Assembly: GCA_051859245.1 (NCBI GenBank) | Contig: JBHYGA010000001.1 | Span: 768,001-832,000 of the forward strand | From: Gemmatimonadaceae bacterium | GTDB lineage: Bacteria > Gemmatimonadota > Gemmatimonadetes > Gemmatimonadales > Gemmatimonadaceae | DNA length: 64,000 nucleotides | Direction of reading: 5' to 3' | Shown here: piece after piece, positions 37,963 to 46,981 of the stretch | Layout: every line of letters starts with the position of its first letter | Numbering within the stretch: position 1 is the stretch's first letter | Position numbers and translations under genes: made by a program | Notes under the pieces: generated by a model | What the model saw: the letters and a program-made list of their open reading frames with translations, nothing else | Databases searched by the model: none | Told to the model about the DNA's origin: nothing

Positions 37963-38676
37963 ATGCTGAAGCGCGCACTTACTCGTCTTTCCATCGCCAC
38001 GGCGCTCTCATTCGTGTCGCTCGCTGGCGTTTCCGCTCAAGACAATCCAAACGCACGCGTCTCCGCTGGTGCGAGTGGCAATCTCTCCATTCCACGTGGT
38101 GTGTTTGGCGAGACCACGGAACGCGGTTGGGGACTCAGCGGCAATGTGCTGATCGGCCTCGACGCGAATGCCATCTTCAACGCGCGCGCCGATCTGGCCT
38201 TTCAATCGTACGGACGCGTGCGTCAGCGTGTGCCGCTGAGCTCAACCACCGGCAACCTCATCCGCGTCGACCTGAACACCACCAACAACATTGCCACCTT
38301 TGTCACGGGGCCTCAGCTGCTCGGCCCAACAGGTGTGTTCACACCGTACGCGTCGGCGCTGGGCGGATTCTCCGCGTTCTGGACAAGCAGCACGGTCGAG
38401 GGCACGAACGATACCGAACCGTTTGCGTCCACTACCAACTCGAGTGATTTCGCGTGGGCCTACGGCGGCGCGGCTGGCGCCTACATTCGCGTGAGCAACG
38501 GCGCACGACCGGTACGCCTCGATCTCGGCATGCGGTATTTGCGGCACGACGACGTTACGTACCTCACGGCCGACGAAGTTCGCGCGGCAGTTCAGCAGCG
38601 GCGTGATCCGCAGCCGATTCGCTCGCGAGTGGACTTCTACACCTACTACATCGGCGTGCAGGCCGTCGTGTTCTAA
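37963..38676 (+). CDS. Small outer-membrane beta-barrel protein
   Basis: Signal peptide, alternating beta strands, C-terminal YYIGVQAVVF (BAM-type terminal Phe). Confidence 0.8.
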   Translation: MLKRALTRLSIATALSFVSLAGVSAQDNPNARVSAGASGNLSIPRGVFGETTERGWGLSGNVLIGLDANAIFNARADLAFQSYGRVRQRVPLSSTTGNLIRVDLNTTNNIATFVTGPQLLGPTGVFTPYASALGGFSAFWTSSTVEGTNDTEPFASTTNSSDFAWAYGGAAGAYIRVSNGARPVRLDLGMRYLRHDDVTYLTADEVRAAVQQRRDPQPIRSRVDFYTYYIGVQAVVF

Positions 38677-38717
38677 ACGCAGGATGTCGTGGCTGTGGCC
38701 ACAATTGTGAACCGGGT

Positions 38718-39170
38718 TCAGCCGTCGTGATCGCGACGGCCGCGTTCCCGCTTCACACTCGACCGTCGCTTCTTCTCGTCAAGTCGACGTTCAATCGCGC
38801 CGCGTGTTGGCTTGGTCGCCTTTCGAGGCACCGGATCCGGCAACGCGGCACGAACAATTGCGGCGAGACGTTCCATGGCGGCGTCGCGATTGCGACGCTG
38901 GCTACGATGTTCAGCCGACACGAGCCGCATCGCGCCGCTCGCGTCGAGTCGTCCTGACAAGCGCTGCAGCACACGCTCATGGTGCGCATCGCCGAGCGCG
39001 GCGCGCAACGAAGCCGATTGCGCGGGTTGCCATCGCAACTCAATGCGCGTGGCACTGCGATTTACGTGTTGACCGCCCGGGCCACCACCCGTGGTCGCGC
39101 GTACCTCAAATTCCTCGTGCGGAATTGCGAGGTGCGCCGAGATGAACAGGAGCTCCGCGTCGGTGGTCAA
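38718..39170 (-). CDS. arfB: Alternative ribosome rescue factor ArfB (YaeJ)
   Basis: GGPGGQHVN, RSQRRNR, basic tail RKATKPTRGAIERRLDEKKRRS. Confidence 0.93.
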   Translation of the reverse strand: MTTDAELLFISAHLAIPHEEFEVRATTGGGPGGQHVNRSATRIELRWQPAQSASLRAALGDAHHERVLQRLSGRLDASGAMRLVSAEHRSQRRNRDAAMERLAAIVRAALPDPVPRKATKPTRGAIERRLDEKKRRSSVKRERGRRDHDG

Positions 39171-39988
39171 TCGCGACCGCCCGGCGGAACGCACGGCTTT
39201 TGAGAGAGTGCCGTGGAGATTTCGGCCGGTGTGGGGCGCTCCTCAAGCTTGGGCGCCACAAACACCGCCACATACTCACCGGGCACTTCACGATCCACGC
39301 GCGACTCTCGATAGCCAACCGCCGAAAGCTCACAGCGTAGCAACGCCAGCGGTGTTCCGTGGCCGGATGTAGGGCGATCGAGATCCAGGATCACGACACG
39401 ACCGCCCGGCTTCATGGCCGAGGCGAGATTCCACATCAGTCCGAACGGCTGCGAAATTTCGTGATACATGTGAATGAGAATCGCGGCGTCGAGCGTGGCG
39501 TCGGGTAAACGCGGATCATGCGGTTCACCGCGTACAACCTCCACGTTGCTCCATCCGGACTGTCGTGCGCGCGACGCCAGCAGTTCGAGATAGCGCGGCA
39601 CAATGTCTTCGCCGTAGACGCGGCCGGTCGCACCAACGCGCGGCACCAGTCGCGCCACGTAGTAGCCGTCACCGGCACCAATGTCGGCAATGTGCATGCC
39701 TTCTTTCGCACCGAGAATGCGCATCACGCGTTCCGCTTCACCGGCGTCGTCGCGGTCGTCTTCGTTGCTCCAACGCGGTGCGACAATATCGGCCACGGCG
39801 CGGGCCGGCATCGGGAACGCATTTTCCGGAGCGCCCTGTGGCGCCATGACGCGCCCCGTATCGCCGGGCAGAACGGCGGAGCTCGTGCGCAGCGAGTCAA
39901 CCACATCTGCTGTAGGTCGGCACGCGGTGCTCACTGCGGCGACCAATGCGAACGCCGTGAGCGCACGCGCGAGCGTTGGCGAGTTCAT
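39167..39988 (-). CDS. Class I SAM-dependent methyltransferase with a lipoprotein-type signal
   Basis: STAC lipobox-like motif, IADIGAGDGYY, HMYHEI, MKPGGRV. Confidence 0.85.
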   Translation of the reverse strand: MNSPTLARALTAFALVAAVSTACRPTADVVDSLRTSSAVLPGDTGRVMAPQGAPENAFPMPARAVADIVAPRWSNEDDRDDAGEAERVMRILGAKEGMHIADIGAGDGYYVARLVPRVGATGRVYGEDIVPRYLELLASRARQSGWSNVEVVRGEPHDPRLPDATLDAAILIHMYHEISQPFGLMWNLASAMKPGGRVVILDLDRPTSGHGTPLALLRCELSAVGYRESRVDREVPGEYVAVFVAPKLEERPTPAEISTALSQKPCVPPGGRD

Positions 39989-41331
39989 CGCGTTGCCTCA
40001 ACCCGCGCGTGTACACGGAGCGCCGCAACACGACGACCGTCCATGGCTACGACTTCGAGTTCACCACCGGGAAAGCCCACACGATCTCCAAGCTGCGGCA
40101 AGCGGCCAAGGGCCGAGAAAGCGTAACCACCGAGCGTGGTCCAGTCGCCTTCCGGAATGGCCAAAGAATAATCCGAACGAACATCCACGAGTGACAGCGC
40201 GCCGGCAAGCTCCAGCACCCCGTTCGTTACCATCGCCTCGCGCGCGACCTGATCGTATTCGTCGGCAATGTCGCCCACGACTTCCTCCACCAGATCTTCG
40301 AGCGTCACGATTCCAGCCGTGCCGCCGTACTCATCGAGCACGACAGCGAGATGCGCACGCGTGCGACGCAAGTCTTCGAGCACACGTTCCGCGGCGCGCG
40401 TGGCCGGGACAAACAACGGCTCCCGAAGATGCTCGCGCAATTCAAACGGGGCGTCCTTGTCGTAGAGCCAGAAATCCTTGGCGAGCAACACGCCGACCAC
40501 ATCGTCGAGTGTCTCCCGATATACCGGATATCTCGAATACCGTTCCGTGCGCAGAATCTTTCGCAGCTCGTCCTCATCAACATCGTCCGCGATCGCTGCC
40601 ACATCAGTTCGCGGACGCATCACGTCCCACGCCTTCTTGTTGTGAAAGTCGAACACGCCGGCCAGCATGGCGGAGTCGCTTTCGTCCAGCGTGCCGTGCG
40701 CGCGCGCCTGCATGACCAGCAACCGCAGCTCCTCGGGCGAATGCACATGCGCACCCTCGGCGGCCGGTTCCACGCCGACCAAACGCAGCAGGCGATTCGC
40801 CGTTCCCTGCAGCAACGCAATGAACGGTGACATGAGGTTGGAGAACACGATCAACGGCCGTGTCACCCACAGGCTCACACGCTCCGGACGAATCAGCGCC
40901 ACGGATTTCGGCATGAGTTCGCCGAAGACGATGTGCAGGAACGTGACCACGGTGAAGGCCACGATGATGCCAGCCGTGCTGTGCACCGCGCCCGGGGGCA
41001 GCGGAATGCCAACCGCGTTCAGCGCGGCGTCAACGAGCACCGCGATGGCCGGCTCACCGATCCAGCCGAGCGCCAGCGACGCGAGCGTGATGCCCAGCTG
41101 CGTTCCGGAGATGTAGCGATCGAGCTGGCCGAGGGCCCGCTGCACCACGAGGGCGCTGCGACTGCCTTCCGCGACCAGTTGGTCGATGCGGCTTCGGCGC
41201 ACCGCCACGAGGGCGAACTCGGCGGCCACAAAAAACGCGTTGGCCGCGACAAGCAGAAGCACCATCGCCAAACGGAAGGTGATGGTGCCGGTGGTCAGTG
41301 CGGCTTCGGTACTGGCAGGGTCAGAAATCAT
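39985..41331 (-). CDS. CNNM/CBS/CorC (hemolysin family TlyC) membrane protein
   Basis: NAFFVAAEFALV, QLGITLASLALGWIGEP, GELMPKS, YSRYPVY, DEYGGTAGIVTLEDLVEEVVGDI. Confidence 0.95.
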   Translation of the reverse strand: MISDPASTEAALTTGTITFRLAMVLLLVAANAFFVAAEFALVAVRRSRIDQLVAEGSRSALVVQRALGQLDRYISGTQLGITLASLALGWIGEPAIAVLVDAALNAVGIPLPPGAVHSTAGIIVAFTVVTFLHIVFGELMPKSVALIRPERVSLWVTRPLIVFSNLMSPFIALLQGTANRLLRLVGVEPAAEGAHVHSPEELRLLVMQARAHGTLDESDSAMLAGVFDFHNKKAWDVMRPRTDVAAIADDVDEDELRKILRTERYSRYPVYRETLDDVVGVLLAKDFWLYDKDAPFELREHLREPLFVPATRAAERVLEDLRRTRAHLAVVLDEYGGTAGIVTLEDLVEEVVGDIADEYDQVAREAMVTNGVLELAGALSLVDVRSDYSLAIPEGDWTTLGGYAFSALGRLPQLGDRVGFPGGELEVVAMDGRRVAALRVHARVEATR

Positions 41332-41541
41332 GCGTGGTGGAAACGGGCGCGCTCATGGGTCGTCATCAGGGTGCAGCTGTCGATCGTGCATTCTGCAAGA
41401 CTCGCGGGCGATCCGCGGCGCTCGCATTCTGCGATCCCAACAACCCGCGCCGGTTGCTGGCTCGCACATCCTCTCATTGAACGGTTTCGCTGATCGGTCG
41501 TGCGGTACACTCCAAGTTACCCCGAACTGGCTGTCCAACGA

Positions 41542-43266
41542 ATGCTCGACCCACATCGTGTCCTGCGGTGGGTCTGGATTGGGCGTGTCGTGATCGGATT
41601 CGCGATTCTAGTGGCCGCGGTGTTCGTGTGGGAGCGCGCCGAACCGTTCGATACCCTGGTGGCGACGCTGGCGTTCGCTGTCGCGATTCTGGCGACAGTC
41701 GCTTCGGCGATGTACCGCGAAATATACCGCCAGCCCACCGGCAGGCTCTTCTATTTGATACAATGTGCCGTGGACCTGCTGCTGGTCACGGCCGTGGTTC
41801 ACGTGACGGGCGGCTGGAGCTCCCAGTTCGCCGCCCTTTATATCCTGGTGATCGCGGTGGCCGCGCTGCTGCTGCCCTTCAAGGACGGCGTGATGCTGGC
41901 CGTGGCCGCGAGTGCCCTGTATGCGGCCGACGTGCTCTGGTTCGGTCTCGAGCAGCCCGCGCTCGCCATCTGGGTGCAGGTGGGCGTGTTTGTCGTGGTG
42001 TCCATAGGCAGCGGCGTGATTGCCGCGCGGCTGCGGCAGGCCGGTGATGGCCGCGACGCACTGGCCGCGCAGCTGGTCAAAGTGCAGCTCGAAGCCGCCG
42101 ACATTCTGCGCAGCATTCAGAGTGGTATTGTCACAGTAGACGCCACCGGACATCTGCTCTACGCCAATCCCGTGGCCAGCGATCTGCTCGGCGTGAGTTT
42201 GCGCGGCCTGATGGGCCGCCCTGTCCTTGGGACCCTCGCCCCCGTCGCGCCGGAGTTGGCCGATGTGTTGCAGCGATCGGCCGTTGACGGCGAACGTCGC
42301 CGACGGGTGGAAGGCGTCATTCATCGCGAAGGTCAGACCGTGTTGGTCGGACTGACCACCACGGTCGCGGAACGCGCCGGTTCGTCGGGCGGACGCACGG
42401 TCACGGCAATTTTTCAGGACATCTCGGATTCCAAACGATTGCAAGCGCTCCACGTGCGGACGGAGCGTTTGCAGGCGGTGGCCGAACTGAGCGCATCACT
42501 CGCGCATGAAATCAAGAATCCGCTGGCGTCTATTCGCAGTGCAACGGAACAGTTGGCGCGCCGTCAACTCAAGCGTGGTGATGCCGACGAAGACGAGCAG
42601 GCGTTGTTCGCGCTCACCGTGCGAGAAGCCGACCGTTTGAGTCGTTTGTTGAGCGAGTTCCTGGATTTTGCGCGCACGCGTGCGGCGCAACTCACGCCGG
42701 TAGACGTCGCCTCGGTGGCACGCGCCGCAGTGGCGCTGGCCCGACAGCATCCGGCGTGCGGCGATGGTGTGGTGATTTCAATCGACGCGCCAGACAATAA
42801 TGCCGAGTGCCTGGTGGCCGGCGACGATGATCTGTTGCATCGCGCCGTATTCAATCTGGTACTCAACGCCGTGCAGGCAGTGAGTCCGTCGGGACGCGTG
42901 CACGTACATGTGACCACCGCAACAGATCGTGCAATTGATGGCGAAGCGGTGGCGGTACACGTGAACGATGACGGACCAGGTGTCCCGCAGGAAATGCGCG
43001 ATCGTGTGTTCGAACCGTTTGTCACGAGCAAACAAGGTGGCACCGGACTCGGCTTGCCCATCGTGCATCGCGCCGCTGAAGCGCATAAAGGCGCGGTGTT
43101 TGTCGAGCACTTGTCGCCGGGCACACGGTTCACTTTGCTCGTGCCTCGTGTTCAGCCGGTAGATGCAGCGGTGCCGACGCGAAGCGCGGCGAATAGCACG
43201 GCTAATAGCACCGCGAACACCGCGGATCAAACTGCGGCCAACGAACTCAAATCAGTAGCGGCCTAG
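41542..43266 (+). CDS. pilS: PilS-like membrane sensor histidine kinase
   Basis: Six-TM N-terminus (VHVTGGWSSQFAALY), PAS, LAHEIKNPL, DDGPG, GTGLGL. Directly upstream of the NtrC-type regulator and pilin. Confidence 0.85.
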   Translation: MLDPHRVLRWVWIGRVVIGFAILVAAVFVWERAEPFDTLVATLAFAVAILATVASAMYREIYRQPTGRLFYLIQCAVDLLLVTAVVHVTGGWSSQFAALYILVIAVAALLLPFKDGVMLAVAASALYAADVLWFGLEQPALAIWVQVGVFVVVSIGSGVIAARLRQAGDGRDALAAQLVKVQLEAADILRSIQSGIVTVDATGHLLYANPVASDLLGVSLRGLMGRPVLGTLAPVAPELADVLQRSAVDGERRRRVEGVIHREGQTVLVGLTTTVAERAGSSGGRTVTAIFQDISDSKRLQALHVRTERLQAVAELSASLAHEIKNPLASIRSATEQLARRQLKRGDADEDEQALFALTVREADRLSRLLSEFLDFARTRAAQLTPVDVASVARAAVALARQHPACGDGVVISIDAPDNNAECLVAGDDDLLHRAVFNLVLNAVQAVSPSGRVHVHVTTATDRAIDGEAVAVHVNDDGPGVPQEMRDRVFEPFVTSKQGGTGLGLPIVHRAAEAHKGAVFVEHLSPGTRFTLLVPRVQPVDAAVPTRSAANSTANSTANTADQTAANELKSVAA

Positions 43267-43307
43267 TATATGACACATTCTCCCTTGACCACCGCGAGAC
43301 ACTTGTC

Positions 43308-44696
43308 GTGACCATTCCATCTGCCAACGCCCCCGCGCCGCGTGTTCTACTCGTCGACGATGAAATGGGCATTCTGGAATCGCTTCGTATTCTGCTCAAG
43401 GGCGAGGGTTTTCATCCGATCGCCGCGCTTGGTGGACGCGCCGGCCTTGAACGTCTTGACGATGGTGAGCCAGACGTTGTGCTCACGGATATTCGCATGC
43501 CGGATGTCACCGGTGTGCAAGTGCTCGCGGCGGTGCGCGAACGCTACCCTACGTGTCCCGTGATTCTCATGACGGCGCAAGCGACGCTGCAGTCGGCGAT
43601 GCAAGCGGTGAATGAGGGTGCGTTCTACTACATCCAGAAGCCATTCCGCAATGACGAATTGCTCGCGATTCTTCGTCGAGCAGTCGAGCATCGTCAGCTG
43701 CGCGTGGAGAACACGGTGCTCAAGCAGGAAATTCGCAAGCGCGACCGAACGAGCGCTGTTGTCGCGGTGGGCAAGAGTCGTGCGTGGCAGGACGCGTTGC
43801 GCATGGCAGAAATGGTGGCGCCAACGGACAGCACGGTGCTGGTCACCGGGGAATCCGGCACGGGCAAAGAAGTGATCGCGCGGTACGTGCACGATCTCAG
43901 CGGGCGCAACGATTTACCGTTCATGTCAATCAACTGTGGCGCGTTGCCGGAGAGTTTGCTCGAAAGCGAACTGTTCGGTCACGTGAAGGGATCGTTCACC
44001 GGCGCGGTGAAAGACAAAACCGGCTTGTTCGCGGCAGCGCTCGGCGGCACGTTCTTTCTCGACGAAATCGGCGAGACCACGGCGGCGACCCAGGTCAAGT
44101 TGCTGCGTGTGCTACAGCAGCGAGAAGTGATTCCGGTTGGTGGCACGGAATCCATTCCGATCAATGCGCGCGTGATTGCGGCGACAAATCGCGATCTGGA
44201 AGAAGAGATCAAACGTGGTTCGTTTCGCGGCGATCTGTACTATCGATTGAACGTGATCGCCTTGCATCTGCCCCCACTGCGTCATCGTGCCGACGACATC
44301 CCGTTACTCGCTGAGCACTTTTTGTCACGCGTTGCAACCCAGCGCGGCGAAACGCCCAAAGTGATTGCCGAATCAGCGCGCGATGCGATGATGGCGTACC
44401 AATGGCCCGGTAACGTGCGTGAGCTGGAGAATGCGTTGGAGCGCGCCGTGATTCTCTCGCCAGGCGCAACAATAGAAGCGAGTGCCTTGCCTGCCCGCAT
44501 TGTGGAGCGTCGCGCGGAACCGCTGGTGGCCGATCGTACACCGGCCACGCCCACGCTTGAAGCGATTGAGCGCGCGTACATCTCGTGGGTGCTGCAAAAC
44601 GAGAGCGGCAACAAGAGCCGTACCGCGGACGTGCTCGGCATTGATCCGTCCACGTTGTACCGAAAGCTGGCACGGTATGGAGAGGAGGCCGCATAA
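43308..44696 (+). CDS. pilR: Sigma54-dependent response regulator (PilR)
   Basis: Receiver domain, GESGTGKE, ESELFGHVKGSFTGA, LDEIG, WPGNVRELEN, Fis-type HTH. A sigma54 promoter precedes the downstream pilin. Confidence 0.88.
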   Translation: MTIPSANAPAPRVLLVDDEMGILESLRILLKGEGFHPIAALGGRAGLERLDDGEPDVVLTDIRMPDVTGVQVLAAVRERYPTCPVILMTAQATLQSAMQAVNEGAFYYIQKPFRNDELLAILRRAVEHRQLRVENTVLKQEIRKRDRTSAVVAVGKSRAWQDALRMAEMVAPTDSTVLVTGESGTGKEVIARYVHDLSGRNDLPFMSINCGALPESLLESELFGHVKGSFTGAVKDKTGLFAAALGGTFFLDEIGETTAATQVKLLRVLQQREVIPVGGTESIPINARVIAATNRDLEEEIKRGSFRGDLYYRLNVIALHLPPLRHRADDIPLLAEHFLSRVATQRGETPKVIAESARDAMMAYQWPGNVRELENALERAVILSPGATIEASALPARIVERRAEPLVADRTPATPTLEAIERAYISWVLQNESGNKSRTADVLGIDPSTLYRKLARYGEEAA

Positions 44697-44768
44697 GGCG
44701 GCGTTTCCTGACTGTTTCGTGCGAGGAATGCTCGACATGTCACATACCTAGCGACACCGTTTCACCAG

Positions 44769-44802
44769 CGGCCCGGCACAACTTCGCGTTGTCGCCGGGC
44801 CG
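44769..44802 (+). terminator. Strong GC hairpin after pilR (weak U tract)
   Basis: CGGCCCGGC-ACAAC-ttcgc-GTTGT-c-GCCGGGCCG. Confidence 0.5.
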
Positions 44803-44804
44803 TA

Positions 44805-44836
44805 TTGCACCATGCAAGGGATCTTGCGAAACGCGG
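44805..44836. promoter_or_regulatory. Candidate PilR upstream activator boxes
   Basis: Perfect palindrome TTGCA-CCA-TGCAA and a partial copy TTGCG-AAA-CGCGG, 80-110 bp upstream of the sigma54 site. Confidence 0.5.
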
Positions 44837-44915
44837 GGTGCGTAACGGTGCTCCAAGTTGCGGTCGAATGATGTAAGTGATTGCAGGGCAACGTGTTTGC
44901 GTTGTGCCACTCGTG

Positions 44916-44931
44916 TGGCCCGCACATTGCC
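44916..44931 (+). promoter_or_regulatory. Sigma54 promoter of pilA
   Basis: TGGCccgcacaTTGCc, GG-N10-GC. Confidence 0.8.
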
Positions 44932-45004
44932 CTAAGGGTCAGTGTCGCGCAGGCCTCGAGTGAGACTGCGTCGATCGAACCCTCAATCTCTTGGAGATAC
45001 GGAC

Positions 45005-45376
45005 ATGCCCCGGAACCGCACTCGCAAAGGCTTTACCCTGATCGAACTTCTGATCGTCGTCGTGATTATCGGCATTTTGGCCGCCATCGCGATCCCGAAG
45101 TTTGCCAACACGAAGGAGAAGGCGTACGTCACGGCCATGAAGTCAGACCTGAAGAACATGATCTCGGCCGCCGAAGCGTCGTTCGCTGATGAGAATGACT
45201 ACGATGCGTTTGTTGCGCCGACCGGTTCGTCGGGCGTGTCGCTGACGTTCACGTCGGGTGGTGCGACGGGTTGGGAAGCCCAGGCGACGCATGCATCGAC
45301 CGCGATTGTTTGCAACATCTACGTCGGCAGCTCGACCCCGGTTGGAACCGCCGAAGGCGAGCCGATCTGCTCGTAA
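45005..45376 (+). CDS. pilA: Type IVa major pilin
   Basis: GGAGA RBS-like sequence; leader MPRNRTRKG|FTLIELLIVVVIIGILAAIAIPKF; C-terminal Cys pair; own promoter and terminator. Confidence 0.95.
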   Translation: MPRNRTRKGFTLIELLIVVVIIGILAAIAIPKFANTKEKAYVTAMKSDLKNMISAAEASFADENDYDAFVAPTGSSGVSLTFTSGGATGWEAQATHASTAIVCNIYVGSSTPVGTAEGEPICS

Positions 45377-45426
45377 GCTTCACCGCTGTACCACGAGTAT
45401 CTGCCGGTCCATCGGACCGGGGCGAG

Positions 45427-45457
45427 AGGGGGTCGGGCGAAAGCTCGGCCCCTTTTT
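45427..45457 (+). terminator. Rho-independent terminator of pilA
   Basis: GGGGTCGGGC-GAAA-GCTCGGCCCC followed by TTTTT. Confidence 0.88.
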
Positions 45458-45508
45458 GCTGTGCCGGGGTGGCTTCGCCGCACGACACCACACAGTTTCC
45501 GCGTCGTG

Positions 45509-46570
45509 ATGACATCGTCCCCAGAGATTTCGCCCGCCGAACTGCGCACGCCACTGGCATGGTCCGTAGTGGTGCTGCTCACGGCGGTCGGCGTGTGCGC
45601 GTGGCTGGCCTCGCGCGCTGACGCCGCGCCGTTCTGGATCGTGGCGAGTAGCGCGCTGCCAATGTTTTTCTGGTGGCTCTGGCTGCGACATTTTCTCACG
45701 CGGCAGCTCGAGGCGCCTCTGCTCGCCGCGCGCGACGCAGCGCAGGCGCTTGCTCGGGTGGAAAAACTCGCCACCACCGGGCGACTGGCCGCGGGCATTG
45801 CGCACGAAGTCGGGAATCCGCTGGCCGCGATCGCGACGTACGCCCAACTCGTGCGGCAACGCAGCGACACGGTGCCTGGCACGGCGGAGCCACTCGACGG
45901 CATCGACCGCGAAGTGGAGCGCATTGATCGTATCGTGCGCGGCTTGCTCGACTACGCGCGTCCTCGCCGACGCACACCACGTTCCGTTCGCGTCGACGAT
46001 GTGTTAGCGGACGTGCTGCGTTTGCTCACTGACCAGGGCGTGCTGCGTCGCATGCACGTGACGCGCGACATTCATTCCGGCGACGCGTCGGTGTTCGCCG
46101 AGCGGCATGATCTGGAGCAGGTCTTTGTGAACCTGGTGCTGAATGCGCGCGATGCGATGGGCGGCGTTGGCGAACTGGCCGTTCGCACGCGTACCCTCGA
46201 TGAATCGGAACTGCGTGCGACGGCGCTGCGACGTGAGAACGACGCGCAGACAGAACGTTTTGCGCGTGCACCCAGTCGTCGCGTGCAGAGCTGGCTGTCG
46301 CGTGTTGATCGTCCGCAGCGCGTGTTGCAAGTGGTTGTCGCCGACTCGGGACCCGGTGTGAACGCCGATGACGAAGAACGGATTTTTGAGCCGTTCTTCA
46401 GCACCAAAGCAGAAGAGCGTGGTGCCGGACTCGGACTCGCGATCGTGGCGCAAACGGTGGAAGGTCTTGGCGGCACCGTCTGGGTGCAACGCGCGCGAGA
46501 GGGCGGGGCTGCGTTCGTTGTGCTGCTCCCACTGGTCGGCGCGACAGCAACACAACGCGCGATGGAATGA
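45509..46570 (+). CDS. Two-TM histidine kinase without a sensor domain (orphan)
   Basis: Two short TMs, GIAHEVGNPL, NLVLNARDAM, DSGPG, FEPFFSTK, GAGLGL. Confidence 0.88.
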   Translation: MTSSPEISPAELRTPLAWSVVVLLTAVGVCAWLASRADAAPFWIVASSALPMFFWWLWLRHFLTRQLEAPLLAARDAAQALARVEKLATTGRLAAGIAHEVGNPLAAIATYAQLVRQRSDTVPGTAEPLDGIDREVERIDRIVRGLLDYARPRRRTPRSVRVDDVLADVLRLLTDQGVLRRMHVTRDIHSGDASVFAERHDLEQVFVNLVLNARDAMGGVGELAVRTRTLDESELRATALRRENDAQTERFARAPSRRVQSWLSRVDRPQRVLQVVVADSGPGVNADDEERIFEPFFSTKAEERGAGLGLAIVAQTVEGLGGTVWVQRAREGGAAFVVLLPLVGATATQRAME

Positions 46571-46606
46571 TGATGGTGCGGCGCAACGCTGGTGACAGGT
46601 TGTGCC

Positions 46607-46981
46607 ATGACTTCTTCCACACGGATTCCGCGCGCGCGTACGGGCCGCGCCCTCGTTGAACTTCTTGTTGCCTCGCTGATCCTGTGCGTGGCAACCTCTG
46701 CGTCGCTGCGGCTGATGCAGGCCACCGCCACATTCGCCGATCGTGTGGTTCGCACAAGTGTCGCACGCGATCTCACCCGCGACGCGGCGGAGAACGTGCA
46801 GGCCAATGCCTGCGCCGCCTCGAGTGGTCAGGAGGCACGACGCCGCACGCTTGCCGACTGGCAGCGCACTGATCAAGGCGCCGTGGTCACACTCAATGTG
46901 ATCGTTACCCTCGTACCACATCCGTTCGAGCTGCAAGCGCCGAGTGCGCTGCACGCCATGGTTGCCGGATGGTGCACGTGA
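46607..46981 (+). CDS. Minor pilin-like protein (PilV-like), atypical N-terminus
   Basis: RARTG|RALVELLVASLILCV: E5 and hydrophobic helix retained, Cys pair, located in the pil locus. Confidence 0.65.
   Translation: MTSSTRIPRARTGRALVELLVASLILCVATSASLRLMQATATFADRVVRTSVARDLTRDAAENVQANACAASSGQEARRRTLADWQRTDQGAVVTLNVIVTLVPHPFELQAPSALHAMVAGWCT

Noticed and set aside
41458..41473. Functional sigma54 promoter for pilS
   Set aside because: It has the -24 TGGC but CT instead of GC at -12. Not annotated as a promoter; only mentioned alongside the palindromes.
43186..43245. AANS-TANS-TANT repeat at the PilS C-terminus
   Set aside because: Short low-complexity tail, probably slippage-derived, with no evidence of function.
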